Assembly: GCA_951406725.2 (NCBI GenBank)
Contig: OX597816.1
Span: forward strand, 180,110,001 to 180,174,000
Reading direction: 5' to 3'
Source of the DNA: Octopus vulgaris
Lineage: Eukaryota
Length of the DNA: 64,000 bases
In this document: positions 1 through 13,008 of the stretch, piece after piece
How positions within the stretch are numbered: position 1 is the stretch's first letter
Layout: each line of letters begins with the position of its first letter
Program-made: the position numbers and the translations under genes
Notes under the pieces: model-generated
Databases searched by the model: none
What the model was told of the DNA's origin: nothing
Seen by the model: the letters and a program-made list of their open reading frames with translations, nothing else

Positions 1-17
1 TATATACATACATACAT

Positions 18-90
<73 letters not shown>

Positions 91-268
91 GGCTTCTTTC
101 AGCTTCGTCCACTGAATCCACTCACAAGGCTTTAGTTGGCCCGAGGCTACTGTAGTCTTCTACAGTAGCCTCGGGCCGACTAAAGCCTTGCTGGAGTTAT
201 CATGCTGTGAGACTGAACCTAGAACCATGTGGTTTGGAAGTGAATTTCTTAACACCCGACCACGCCTA
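91..268 (-). mobile_element. tRNA-derived SINE, family A (CORE-like), 5' part with an internal fold-back
   Basis: Matches the reverse complement of the family A head seen in full at 20057-20462 and 32563-32990. Confidence 0.8.
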
Positions 269-610
269 GTTTTATAATATGTTTTTTTCATTTTCTTTTT
301 CTTTATAAGTTGCTTTTGTGCTCTGCAATCTCTCGGTATAGTCTTTGTAGACTAGACAGATACTTAACTAAATTACCCATAAAGATAAAAAAAGAATGCC
401 CCAAAGCATTATGTTACTAGAAATGTTAGGATATAAAGTGTTAAATATCTCAATTAAGCGCCAAATAAAATAAGTGCAAATAGCTTTAGGTCCTGAAATG
501 TTCGTTAATTCGCTTTTAGATACCGTAGAAGTGATTAAAAAAATTAAAAGTATAAGTAATAAAAACAAACAATGCCACCTCTTACAACAACAGCATCAAC
601 AATAATAATA

Positions 611-1185
611 ATCCTTTCTACTATAGGTACAAGGCCTGAAATTTGACGAGAGGAGACTATTCGATTACATCGACCCCCAATGTTACACTGGTACTTAATT
701 TATCGACCCCGAAAGGATGAAAGGTAAAGTCGACATCGATGGAATTTGAACTCAGAACGTAAAGACGGACGAAATGCTGCTAAGCATTTTGCCTGGAGTG
801 TTAACGATTCTGGTAACTCACCGCCTTAACAACAATAATGTTGGTTTCAAACTTTGATAGAAGGCCAGCAATTTCTGAGAAGGGCATAATTCGATTACAT
901 CAACCCCAGTGATCAACGACTACTTATCGACTCCGAAAGAATGAAAAGCATAATCGACCTCAGTGGAATTTGCACTCAGAATGTAAAGCCTGACGAAATG
1001 CCTCTAATCGTTTTGCGCGACATGTTAACCATTCCGCCAGCTCGTCGCCTTAGCAACAGTCATAATCAATGATGATAACTCTAATTTAAGCACAAAGCCA
1101 GCAATTTTGGTGAAAGGGATTAGTTGGTAACATCGAGTCTGATGTATATGACTGATACTTCATTTCATCGATCTCGAAAGAGATC
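611..1185 (-). mobile_element. Cluster of three family B tRNA-derived SINEs (Deu/Nin-like core)
   Basis: Repeated tcgaccccgaaaggatgaaaggcaaagtcgac...gaatttgaactcagaacg core with heads ending ccgcctt at about 827 and 1051. Confidence 0.85.
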
Positions 1186-1269
1186 GATAGCAGTATATTC
1201 GAATGTAATCATGCATTTTCCCTCGAGTGCAGAAAGACTCTGAAACTTGAAAAGTACTCCATGTCACAT

Positions 1270-2110
1270 GTTCTGTTTGAAACAAATGTTTGAGGCCTTT
1301 GTTTTAATGAAATGCAGTTCATCTCTTTGCAGCAACAAATTAATTCATTTAAATTTGAAATATAAATGTAACCTGGAAGCTTTGTCACTTTGAAACTTAT
1401 TCAAGCTGTCTCATGCGAAAAACATCTTTACTTTCAAAGAATTCTCAAGCTTTCTCAAAAATGGTTTTAAAAAGGTGGGGGGGTGAGACAAGAGGATTTT
1501 AACGACCAGGGAAATTCAGTGGGGAATAACAAGTGATTAAAGTTTTCATTGTTATGTTCGGTCCAACTGTTCGAACAATATGCCATGAGAGAATTATTTC
1601 TGAAATTGCTGTGATGATGTATTACAATAATCAATACAAGCGATCACTAATAGTTTTTTGCAACAAAATGTTTTCGATGAATCCTACAATGCACTGACAT
1701 TTTCAGGTGTGTAACTAATCCATCGACTGGCCGTTTTAGCCAGATACATAATTCAGTACTCTCCATAATACCTGTAGGAAATATCTTAGTGCGCTCGGCT
1801 GCCACGCATGGAATCTGAAGACTGAATTTATCCCATGGTATCCTGTGGTACTCCACACTATTCCACGGCAGATTTTACTAAATTATATCAACAATCAGAT
1901 ACTTACTATCATTTATGTATTCTTGAGGAGTTATCCACACTTACAGACTACACAAAAAAAAAAAAAATTGAACGAAGACTACGAATTAATTTAATCTCGG
2001 CCACAAGTGACATTTTCTACTGAAACATTACACAGACTTATCACTAACAGCCATTTTAGTATTGTCAATGATTAACAGTCACTGTATTAAGATAATGACG
2101 TCAGAGTAAT
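1270..2110 (-). pseudogene. Decayed hAT/Charlie (ZBED5/SCAND3-like) transposase
   Basis: Minus-strand frames give VHCRIHRKHFVAKN (hAT HCxxH motif), NENFNHLLFPTEFPWSLKSSCL (cf. LLLHTEVRWLSKG) and INLLLQRDELHFIKTK, with many stops and frameshifts. Confidence 0.8.
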
Positions 2111-3385
2111 TTTTCCCACCTAACACACATGTGTGTATGCATATGTGTGTATGTGTGCATGTGTATGCGTATATATATGTGTGTGTGTGTGTGTACATAT
2201 ACATATGTATAATTACATATATATACATGCGTATACATACATATTTATATACACACACATATACATTTATATGTGCATATACACACACACATACACATGC
2301 TCACACATACATATACTCACACATAGATTTTAAATGTTCTTTTCCAAAACTATATAGACAATATGTCATTCGATGTAAAGTCTGTTCAAATACACCTGCG
2401 TTTACATAAGTCTAACGACACACAAAATGCCTTTCTTCGCTGCTCGAATAATAACCAATTATTATAAATTTAAAATACAACACATGCTCTAATGGTAATT
2501 ATTACAACAAATATATAAATTGCAATAAATCTTTATATGAATAAACACTCAAAAACCTACTCCATTGTGTAAGTGACGGAAGAGAAAATAACAAAATGCT
2601 CCCTTCCTCTCTCCCTCCACACACACACACACAAACAAATATACATACATACATACATAAATACATACATACATACATACATACATACATACATACATAC
2701 AACCAAACATACATACATACATACATATATACATACATACAACCAAACATACATACAAACATACATATATACATACATACATACATACATAAATACATAC
2801 ATACATACATACATAAATACATACATACATACATACATACATATAGTAGAAGACACTTTCCCAAGGTGCCACGCAGTGAGACTGGACCCGGAACTATGTG
2901 GTTGAGAAGTAAGCTTCTTACCACACAGCCACGCCCACGGCTATAAAGCCTCTCCTAAAATAATTTTAAAAATTACTGGAAATAAAACTACGCTTAAAAC
3001 ATGACGAAACTCAGACATCGAAATATTAGAACTGGTCAAGAGCAATGTCCGCAACAATAAAGAAATTATATGAAGTTTCATGAAACATGATTGATTTAAC
3101 ATCATTTTTACTCCGTTGAATTAACGTTGCGATGAGCCCCAGCTCGTATATATTATATGCGTACCTAAGACAACCTTAAAAATTCAAAACACTGTCTTGA
3201 CAATATCTCAGAAGAGACGATTATTTTGGTTTTATGAGTAGGGGATTCTTTTGTGGAGTGAGCTTCCAATTCTTGAATATTTGGCATAAAATTGTCCAAA
3301 GCAAGATTACTGAAGTTGCGGTCCAGTAACTCATAATTCTTGTTCTTAACATTTACTGATGAATGTGTCAAAACTTAGACGTATT

Positions 3386-3610
3386 ACTCTTTTACTCTTT
3401 TATTTGTTTCGGTCATTTGACTGCAGCCATGCTGGAGCACCGCATTTAGTCGAGCAAATCGACCCCGGGACTTATTCTTTGTAAGCCCAGTACTTATTCT
3501 ATCGGTCTGTTTTGCCGAACCGCTAAGTGACGGGGACATAGACAAACCAGCATCGGTTGTCAACCAATGCTAGGGGGACAAACACAGACACACAAACATA
3601 CACACACACA
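3386..3610 (-). mobile_element. Family A SINE, 3' half
   Basis: tactcttttactc...catgctggagcaccg...gccgaaccgctaagt matches the reverse complement of the family A tail. Confidence 0.85.
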
Positions 3611-3614
3611 TACA

Positions 3615-4500
3615 TTGAAATCTTCAAACGTTCACATTTTATGGTATGTGTGGAATCCATGTATAATTGCATTTTCTCCCTTGTCTCACTCACTGAGAAT
3701 AGTAACTTTGATGACAAAAGACCTCTTAACCAATAGTTTGATACCTTTTTAAAGGTTGGCACGAATCCCTTCTCTCTGATTATATTGGTTCAGAAATTAC
3801 CGTTTGGAAAGCAGAGTTGTATTTTTGATGTTCTTGAAAAAGTCTAGATATCTCAGTTTTGGTAATAAGTTGCCTTGGCGACTTTGGTAAGTTCATAAAC
3901 CTGGCAGATTAACTTTTCCGTCGCAACAGAAAATTGCAGGTAACACTTGTTTCTCATTTCGCACAGCATTTTTTTATGTCCAGGAATGAATTTGAAGACA
4001 CCCAGAGGCCAAAGTTTAGCTTCTCTTTTGAGATTTCTACTTGGCCGAGCTCTGTTGTGGATTTCTACGTGCAACCTGTCAACATTTATTCAAGGCTTTT
4101 CTAGTTGTCTACTCGCATTATCTTCAAGGCCAGTCTCATATTTACTATAACTTAAGTTTGTGAGAACTGCACTTCTGACAGTATTAGTCAGAAGTTTTGT
4201 TACCAATGCTTGTCTGTTTCCATCACTTCGGAGTAAGTGGGAGCACGACAGCAGAGAACGCTGTAAATGTGGACAGTTCTCCGCATCATTTTCAATGGAG
4301 ACAGAAAATGGAAGCTCAGGAGAATATAGAGAAAAGAGATTTTAAATAGAAATGCAGTCGCAAGGTTAAAGAAGAAGCAAATGATTTTCGAATGAGAGCA
4401 CCGAGTGTTTTACTTGACTGAAGATAGATATGAAAATATAAAATTTGAAGTTAATAATGTAAACGAAAGAAACAGCTGAAGATGGAAGGATAGAAAGAGA
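3615..4500 (-). pseudogene. Possible decayed Penelope-like element ORF (N-terminal RT region)
   Basis: Minus strand near 3690-3630 reads DKG(E)NAII / MDSTHTIKCERL across a frameshift, resembling the Penelope RT DKG motif. Heavily decayed. Confidence 0.4.
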
Positions 4501-5564
4501 CAATGGTAATAAATAAGCAGCATTGTATATTTAAATAGATGTAGAAAAATAAGAAAATAATCCAGCGATAATCCTTTGCCAATCCATGTCTGTCTGAAAG
4601 AAAGGTTTTTAAAAAGAGCACTTCCATCAAGTTTAAAGTTGACTTCGACGCGGATTCCTTGGTTGTTCATACGATGCGTATGGGCACGTGAGAAGGAACA
4701 CCTTTTCTCTCCTCTTCTCCCTTGCACCTGCTATTTTTTAGATAAGAATTTTTCTTATAAAAACGACACTTCTTGTAAACTGTAATGCGGATCAGCACAT
4801 GCAACAAAAAGTTGCATATGGGAACGGTTTGCAACTAGCTAGATGCAACCGAGAGGGTGTTGAATATACATTCACAAGGATGAGAAATTTTGCGGCTGCT
4901 TTTAGCTGGCCAAAGGGATAACTTGAAGCTAATCTGTAAACTCGTGTGTTATTATTTTCCCCCAGGTTAGGCATGATCAAAAAGATTAATATTTAAAGGC
5001 ATGCCATCCATGACATTGTTGTTGGAAGAAATGGAGAAGAATGTAAAAAGGTTGGTGCGATAGTAGCTTATAGTTTTATTAAAAACTAATAAATATTATA
5101 GAGTATTAATGACGGGTAGTAAGAGATGTTCGAAACCCGAAGGTGAAGTAGTGTACACTGACGTATTTGACAAAGCAGTGAGAGGTAGAAAAATAAGAAA
5201 AAATTGAATATCATCAAGTGAGAGCAACTGCAAAGCAGAAGAGAGAGGGAGGAAAATAGAGGCGGAGGGGTGAAAAACTGGTTGCTGGTTGTTAGAGAGA
5301 CAGTATAAGAAGGAGAAAGAGTGAGATAAAAGAAAGGGAAAGAATAGAAGAGAGGGAGAGCGCGTGGTAGGTGAGAAGTAAAAAGATTTAAAGAGAAAAA
5401 GAGACAGAAAAGAACAATGAGAAATAGTAATGAAAAGAGAGAGAGATTTGAGAAGCCTGGAAGGCGAACCGCAAGAGAAGAGGATATACCAGCGGTTAAG
5501 AAGATAAAATATTAAGATTGGGATAAAGGGGAAAAGAGACGAGTAAGGAGATAATGGAAAATTA

Positions 5565-5619
<55 letters not shown>

Positions 5620-6838
5620 GGAAAGTAAAGAAAGGAAGTAAACGGAGTGAATAGTATTGGAGTAGCAAGAGCGACGAAGGCTGGAGAAAATAGAGATCTT
5701 TGATAGGTTAACATGGTCGGAGCAATGCTTACCAAATCAGAAACCTTTACAATGATCCATAAAATGCATGCTATAAATTCCTAGGTATTAAAATATGTCA
5801 TATAAAGGGTCTCTGAGCAATGACCGTATGATAAAACGAGTATTGTGCCAAAGTGATTCTCAACATAATATTCCACTATGTATTTGCAGTATCAATACTG
5901 ATTGTGATATTTGAGATATTTCTTCCCTTTGTTATTCTAAACCACAAGCTCTTAACATCAAATAGAATCGGCTGATTCCATCTCAAGAGAAAATGGGAGA
6001 AGAGAGTTAAGTTTAGTTCAAAGAGTTTTTACATATTGTGTGGTGTCATTCAACATCTGATAAATAATAAGTGCTCAAATGCAAAGAGAGTAGATCTTGC
6101 GTGTTGGTTGTAAAGTACTCGGTTTTTTATGATATCCTCTGCAATTCAACAAGACCATGGGAGAAAAAAAACTCTGCATACCTAACATAAATATATACAT
6201 GGGTATGTCTCGCGAAGCTTTAAAAATGATCCTAATGTTTGCAGGAAACACATTTATTGGAACAGCGACCGTAACAGCTCGTCACATTTTGAAGGTTATG
6301 ACTTTGAAATCCAAGAGCGAGGGATTACTAGAACATAGTTGCTGAAAAAATAACAGAGAGTAAAGCAAAAGATATAATCAATAATATCCATTATTTTGCA
6401 TATCTGTGGAAAATTACATATGTGATCAGCAGCTGTTCAAACATGTGTTTATGGTACTACTTTACCTACATACCTATCCGCTGTGACTTTGTTGCTAAAA
6501 CATTATTGAATGCCTTCTGCGCGAAATATTCTCTCAAACTTTCTCTATTTGTGCGCGCGCGCGCGTCGATTGCTTGAAGTAGTGTACAAATTTTATATAT
6601 ATTAAGAAAAATAAGACTGTCAGGATTTGAATAAAAAAATATTTAGCGCTGTCGTCCCTTTCAAGGATTCAACAAGCATTATTTCTTATAGAAAATTCAA
6701 GCCTTTTATATATGAATTAGTTGGAAAAAAACCCCACCAAATTCAACACATTCAAGTAACTCAAACATATATAAAAAGGTATGAATTTTCTATTAGTAAT
6801 CCCTGAAAGCGACGAAAGAAATATCCAAATCCTACTTT

Positions 6839-6889
<51 letters not shown>

Positions 6890-6995
6890 CCTTTTTGTAT
6901 CTAGTTTGCAAGATACTTTTTGTGAATTCGAATGTTGAAACAAATTTTATTGTGTCCAGAGAGAGTCATTACAACAATATGAATAACACCCGCAT

Positions 6996-7403
6996 TACTC
7001 TCTCTCTTTACTTGTTTCAGTCATTTGACTGCGGCCATGCTGGAGCACCGCCTTTAGTCGAGCAAATCGACTCCGGGACTTATTCTTTGTAAGCCCAGTA
7101 CTTATTCTATCGGTCTCTTTTGCCGAACCGCTAAGTTACGGGGACGTAAACACACCAGCATCGGTTGTCAAGCAATGCTAGGGGAACAAATACAGACACA
7201 CAAACATATTCACACACACTTATATATATATACATATATACGACAGGCTTCTTTCAGTTTCCGTCTACCAAATCCACTCACAAGGCATTGGTCGGCCCGG
7301 GGCTATAGCAGAAGAAACGTGCCCAAGATGCCACGCAGTGGGACTGAACCCGGAACCATGTGGTTGGTTAGCAAGCTACTTACCAAACAGCCACTCCTGC
7401 CAC
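6996..7403 (-). mobile_element. Family A SINE, full length
   Basis: Complete reverse-complement copy with tRNA-like head (ggcaggagtggctgtttggtaag...gttccgggttcagtcc). Confidence 0.9.
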
Positions 7404-7730
7404 TTCCACTCCTTTATTATTAGTCAATTGGTTTAATATCCAACTTACAACTGATACTAGTTGGATGTTTAACCAACTAACAATTAATAAGGGGAGTGGA
7501 ATTGAACCAGAATGTGTGTTAAATATTATTCTTATAAAAGAATGTTGAGAGTGACTTCGCAGTTCGGCCACCTAAGCCATCGTCGGTCGACTGACCGAAA
7601 ATAACAAGTCACTGCCGACGGTATTCGTGTATAAGAATAATAAATGTGCTCCACAAAAGCAGAGACTGATCTTTCAGATTAATATAAAATTATTGGTTTT
7701 ATTGTAACTGGACATAAAAAACAAACGTTA

Positions 7731-7763
<33 letters not shown>

Positions 7764-7780
7764 TACATGTATGTATATGC

Positions 7781-7829
<49 letters not shown>

Positions 7830-7852
7830 CATATATATATACATATTTATCT

Positions 7853-7915
<63 letters not shown>

Positions 7916-8004
7916 CATAAAATTTCGATTATCTCCACACGGTGAGTTTTAATGCAAAAAGCAGGCATATAAAATAAAAGTTCATGTTGAAACGTACTAT
8001 TTGT

Positions 8005-8112
<108 letters not shown>

Positions 8113-8275
8113 CGTGTGTGTGTATGTGTGTATGTGTGTGTGTGTGTGTTAGGACAATCAGTGAGTTGTCATAAAAGTACTCCGAGTAGTATAATGACAA
8201 CTTACTGATTGTCCTAACTAAACATATATAAATAATCCTCTACATAATATCGAGGTTTCATTCTTTTGTTGTCAC

Positions 8276-8369
<94 letters not shown>

Positions 8370-8431
8370 AAAAGAAGAAAAATGCACACAGTTTACAGAG
8401 GTTTAATATATTTTAAATGAAATAATGTGGT

Positions 8432-8464
8432 TGCCGACCGGTTTCGCTTTCGCTAATCGTGACA
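8432..8464 (-). ncRNA. Minimal type-I hammerhead ribozyme-like motif (core variant)
   Basis: Minus strand reads UGUC ACGAUUA GC-GAAA-GC GAAAC CG GUC GGCA: stem I UGUC/GGCA, stem II with GNRA loop, palindromic stem III ACCGGU and a GUC cleavage triplet. The core has A3-U8 and C4 in place of C3-G8 and U4. Confidence 0.55.
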
Positions 8465-8572
8465 TTGAAATTATTGTAATTTCATTATTTAAGCGTTCTT
8501 GTACGGAAAACATATTAAAACTATGTAAACTGTGCTTTTTCCTTCCTTTATTTTATATAGATATATTTTTGC

Positions 8573-8631
<59 letters not shown>

Positions 8632-9478
8632 TGTGTGTGTAAAGTATAGGAAAAGGTAAAATAGAAGTGTAGACGTTACTTTATTCCAAGTTAGTACATT
8701 TATATATTTGCTCCATTCTGGGCTAATGTAAATGTCTTTATATTTTTGTTCGTAGAAACCATTCATTCCATTGTGATTTCGAAAGGATTATATTTCGTTT
8801 TCTTTTGAATTAACTATGCTCAGAAACAACTTGTAGAGTTTTTATTGAATATATGTACCAACTTGGAATGATGTAACGTCTACACTTATATTTTTCCCTT
8901 CCTTATTATACTTTATTTATTGTACCAATACTGAATATATAGATTTAGATATATATTCTTTGCTTTGGATTGAACCGGCGGACCTGGATGTTTAACATAT
9001 TTCCTTGAAGGATTTACGTTCTGACTTCTTCTGTAAATATTTATGAGCAAAATAGTACGTTTCAACATGAACTATGGGTGAAATATTCGCATTAAAACAT
9101 CAACCAGAAGCAAAACCTAACAGTTCCGATGTGATCGCTTATTATGCTAGAAAGAGTAGCTAAATATCCCTGAAATCACACCCAGGTGTGATTTGAATCA
9201 AATAGCGCATTAGAAAATGTATTATTAAATACTTTACTTCTTAGGAAACCAATAATAAATAAATGAATAAATAAATAAAACAGAGTGGAAAAAAAAGTAA
9301 TTAATTTTCATTTAAATATTATCAATAAGATTTTAAATGTTTAAATATAGTTAATATTCGTATGCTGTTTATTCTTTTACTAGCTTCATTCATAGGACAT
9401 GCATTGATTATATCTATCTCTTTTCAATGAACATACACAAACATGTATGTATGTATGTATGTATGTATGTATATGTAT

Positions 9479-10632
9479 ACGGCTTCTATTTTTAATGATT
9501 TAAATTCTTCCTCTGAAGAAGGAGCTGCTTTCTAACTAAGATACAAAGCTCCATCTTTGGAATAACGAAAACAATGTCGCATTTTATACCTGAGAAAAGT
9601 CTTGCGTAGTTTTACTCTTCCGCTTACAGATTGTATTTCTAATAAGCAAATCAGTTGGTTGATTTTTTTCCCTGAAAATCCAAGCTTATCCAGACTGACA
9701 TTTAGGCACTTACAAAACCAAGTGCTCCAATTATTATTGGTATAGATGTAAATTTGCAACCCGGACATAGAAGCAGAAGGTTTCGAAGCAGCTATCCATA
9801 GTTATCCTCTTTCTCTTTGATTTTCAAACAGATATTCACATCAGCAAGACAGCTGACCTCTATGACAGCACATACCTTTACTTGTCTGTCCCAAACAACA
9901 ATATTCAGATTGTTATGGTTACACTTAACAGATGTTTTGATGGGAATGTTCCATGTATTTGTGTATGTATTCAATAACAAGGGCTTTATCTATATTTATT
10001 CCAGTACATCCTTTCATCAGAATGGCATTGTACATTGTTTCTTCGACAACATTAAATCGCATAGGGGTGTAGTATCTTAATGACCTATTTAGACAGCTGT
10101 TAATCTCATATGTGATAACTTCATCAGAAATATGACATAATCTACATTTACGGTTGCATCTTTGAACTCCAAGGGCTTCACTGTCTCTTTTGTTAATTTG
10201 ATATTTAGTAGCAATCTCCTGCTCTTAGATTGCAAATGCCTAGCCTTCGAAATGTGATGTAGTGGTCACGAGTCCAAGAGAGGTTTCGCTTCATGTCAAT
10301 GTTACTAACGTCCAGGATTTCTTTGATTTTCGACTGATTTGGGATTGTATGGGGAGAGAGTAATTCCTGAGAAACTCACCTCCAACACGTAGGCTATTGT
10401 TTTCTTCACTTTTCAGCACTAAGTTCATGTTTTTTTTTTTGCTGATATCTCTCAGATAGAAAGTGCTATCTGAGAGAGACTACAACATTCAAAGGTTGCC
10501 TGTACTGATTTCAAACGCCTACCTCCTTTATCTCTTCTTGAGTAGAGTCTGTCGATAGTACTATTCTTGTGGAGATTTCTAGTTGATGTTAAAATCTTGC
10601 GGGTCTTAATGTGTATGGAGTGGATTACTTCT
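9479..10632 (-). mobile_element. 5'-truncated R4/Dong-like non-LTR retrotransposon (RT C-terminus, RLE endonuclease, 3' UTR), decayed
   Basis: Minus frames give KTRKILTSTRNLHKNSTIDRLYSRRDKGGRRLK and WNIPIKTSVKCNHNNLNIVVWDRQVKVCAVIEVSCLADVN (RLE region). The 3' UTR is nearly identical to 20960-21082 and ends at a (CATA)n array. Confidence 0.85.
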
Positions 10633-10834
10633 ATACATACATACATACACACATACATACATACATACACACATACATACATACATACATACATACATAC
10701 ATACATACATACATACATACATACATACATACATACATACATACATACATACATACATACATACATACATACATACATACATACATACATACATACATAC
10801 ATACATACATACATACATACATACATACATACAT
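10633..10834 (+). repeat. (TACA)n microsatellite
   Basis: About 200 bp, nearly pure array. Confidence 0.98.
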
Positions 10835-11211
10835 TTTCCTAAATATATAAATGTCTCCGTGGTTCACTAAAAGTTTTATATGGCTCAATTTTCGGCCATA
10901 TTGGCCATCTTGTATATTACTTGTGTCGAAGGTTCTTTCACTTTTATTTGAGGGATATACTCATTTCCTGGCTCGTGGGTGCATCTAGCAGAGTTCACAC
11001 TGTCGTGAGCCTTCGAACAAAGTTTTATCTGCAGTTATTGCACTGTCACCACTTCGACATTTTTTAGATGACAAAAATTAAAATTAAATTCACTTGTCAA
11101 TGTTTTCCTTCCCTTTTATACATGCCTTTTACTAACATGTGAACCACATTTTATTCAGCATACTTTACAATTGTTCAGATTACTCTATGGAAGATGGTGT
11201 TTGAACATATA

Positions 11212-11358
11212 TTGGTTTCAAACTTTGACACAAGGCCAGCAGTTGTGGGAAAGGGGTTAAGTAAATTACATCGACCCCAGTTCTCAACTAGTACTTATTT
11301 TATCGTCCCCGAAGGGATGAAAGGCAAAGTCGACCTTGGCAGAATTTAAACTTAGGAC
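11212..11358 (-). mobile_element. Family B SINE fragment with target-site duplication
   Basis: Core sequence flanked by gtttgaacatatattg at about 11199 and 11362. Confidence 0.8.
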
Positions 11359-11458
11359 TGCGTTTGAACATATATTGATTCCACTTTCCCCATTCAGCAG
11401 CAAAGACTTCTAGTTGGTCTGGTTATATGTCTCCCTGTCCTACTTCTCCAGCTAATTA

Positions 11459-13008
11459 CACAACGTAACAGTCTTCAAAAAAATTTTGTTTATTGTATTT
11501 TTTTTTAGTGTTTATCAATCCATTTTTTCTGCTGATTCCAAAAATAAAATTATTTTTTGTGCATCATCAACAGTTAAGAAAATATGTCGACTTTCAATAT
11601 TATCGTGCATTCGGTATTGTTATAATGTCCCGCTACTAAATGTATGTCTAATTTTCTCTTTCAGACCAATTACTAAGTTCTGCTACTTTCAGGATGGCTA
11701 CTAGAGTATGTAAAAATTCCCCAGATACATTTTGCTATGTGTGTGGTTATTATATTGGAAAAAAGCAGGTATTACATAAGATCGTGAAAGGTGCCAAATT
11801 GTGGATAGTGTACAGACTATTTCAGAATACCCATGGGTGACTAAGACAAACCATGGGCCCCACATGTGATATGTAGAAACTGTCGATCTTCTCTTGAAGG
11901 ATGGTTAAGAGGTACAGGAAGGTCAATGCCTTTTGCCATTCCAAGGGTATGGAGAGAGCCAAAGAACCATCACGATAACTGTTACATTTATATGATCGAT
12001 GTGACAAAGTACAGAAAAGTGAAAGGAAGACAAGGTCTTCCGTATCCAGACATACCATCATCTAGAGCACCTGTCCCACATGATGACAGTTTATGAGTAT
12101 CACTACCACCAGAAAATATTTCATCTGAAGAGTCAACAAGTAGCAGCAGCCAAGAAATGGAGGAAGCTTTTGTACCAAGAACGACTTCAGAGACTCATTT
12201 TCCAAATCAGAGTGAGCTAGATGATTTAATCGGGGATCTGGGTCTTACTAAGTCAGGAGCTGAACTTCTTTCATCAAGGTTGAAGGAATGGGGGAAGACT
12301 GAAAGACATCTCTGTACTGGAAATGCCATGAAGAATTTGAAATCTACTGTGAAAATATTAATGATCTGTATTATTGTAAAGATGTGATTGGTTTGTTTAC
12401 TGTTATTGGACTCAAGCATGATTCTACAGAATGGCAACTGTACGTAGCTCAACACGAAGTCTCAAAGCAGTGTTGCTCCACAATGGAAATAAATATCCTT
12501 CTTTGCCTCTTGCACATTCCAATGTCAAAGAACTTCTCGACAAAATAAATTACACTGAGTTCAAGTGGGATGTTTGTGGTGATTTCAAGATGCTTGCCTT
12601 CTTGCTTGGCTTGTCAAAGCACTTCTCATCTTAAAAAAAGAGTTATCAAGGTATTTACAGTACAGAATTTTATTGTTTCTTTTTGTTCTAACTAATATTA
12701 TACTTCCTACATACCTTTCGCTATATGAAAAAGTACTAAATGTTGTGTTATTATCCTTACAATACTAGAATAGATTGAACCAACAAAGTGCTGTAGAGAA
12801 AAGTTACAAATATAACGAGCAAATATGAAATTAGGAATAAATAAATAACTATCGGTGTTACGTCAAAATGAATGCGATTTTTGAATTCAGTGGCAAAAAA
12901 TGCATATATGAACATTAAAAAATACAAATAAACAAAATATGTACTATTATTGGTATTGCAACAAACAGTAGGATATGATACGACTTGGCAACCGTAGGAT
13001 ACGTTGTA
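11459..13008 (+). mobile_element. Chapaev3-like (CMC superfamily) DNA transposon, internally deleted and frameshifted
   Basis: ORF pieces from about 11695: MATRVCKNSPDTFCYVCG...KPWAPHVICRNC...MPFAIPRVWREPKNHHDNCY...YPDIPSSRAPVPH, QSELDDLIGDLGLTKSGAELLSSRLKEW, RSLKAVLLHNGNKYPSLPLAHS...WDVCGDFKMLAFLLGL. Imperfect subterminal inverted repeats (11483-11576 vs 12848-12940) and termini cacaacgta / tacgttgta. The superfamily name is from recollection of this protein family. Confidence 0.7.

Noticed and set aside
5155-5222. Possible hammerhead on the minus strand (cact-tgatga...aaatacgtc-agtg)
   Set aside because: Core incomplete (no C3, no GAAA) and stem II unconvincing; at best a dead relic.
5096-5668. 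190-aa hydrophobic ORF on the minus strand
   Set aside because: Product of a purine-rich low-complexity tract and (AAT)n; no domain.
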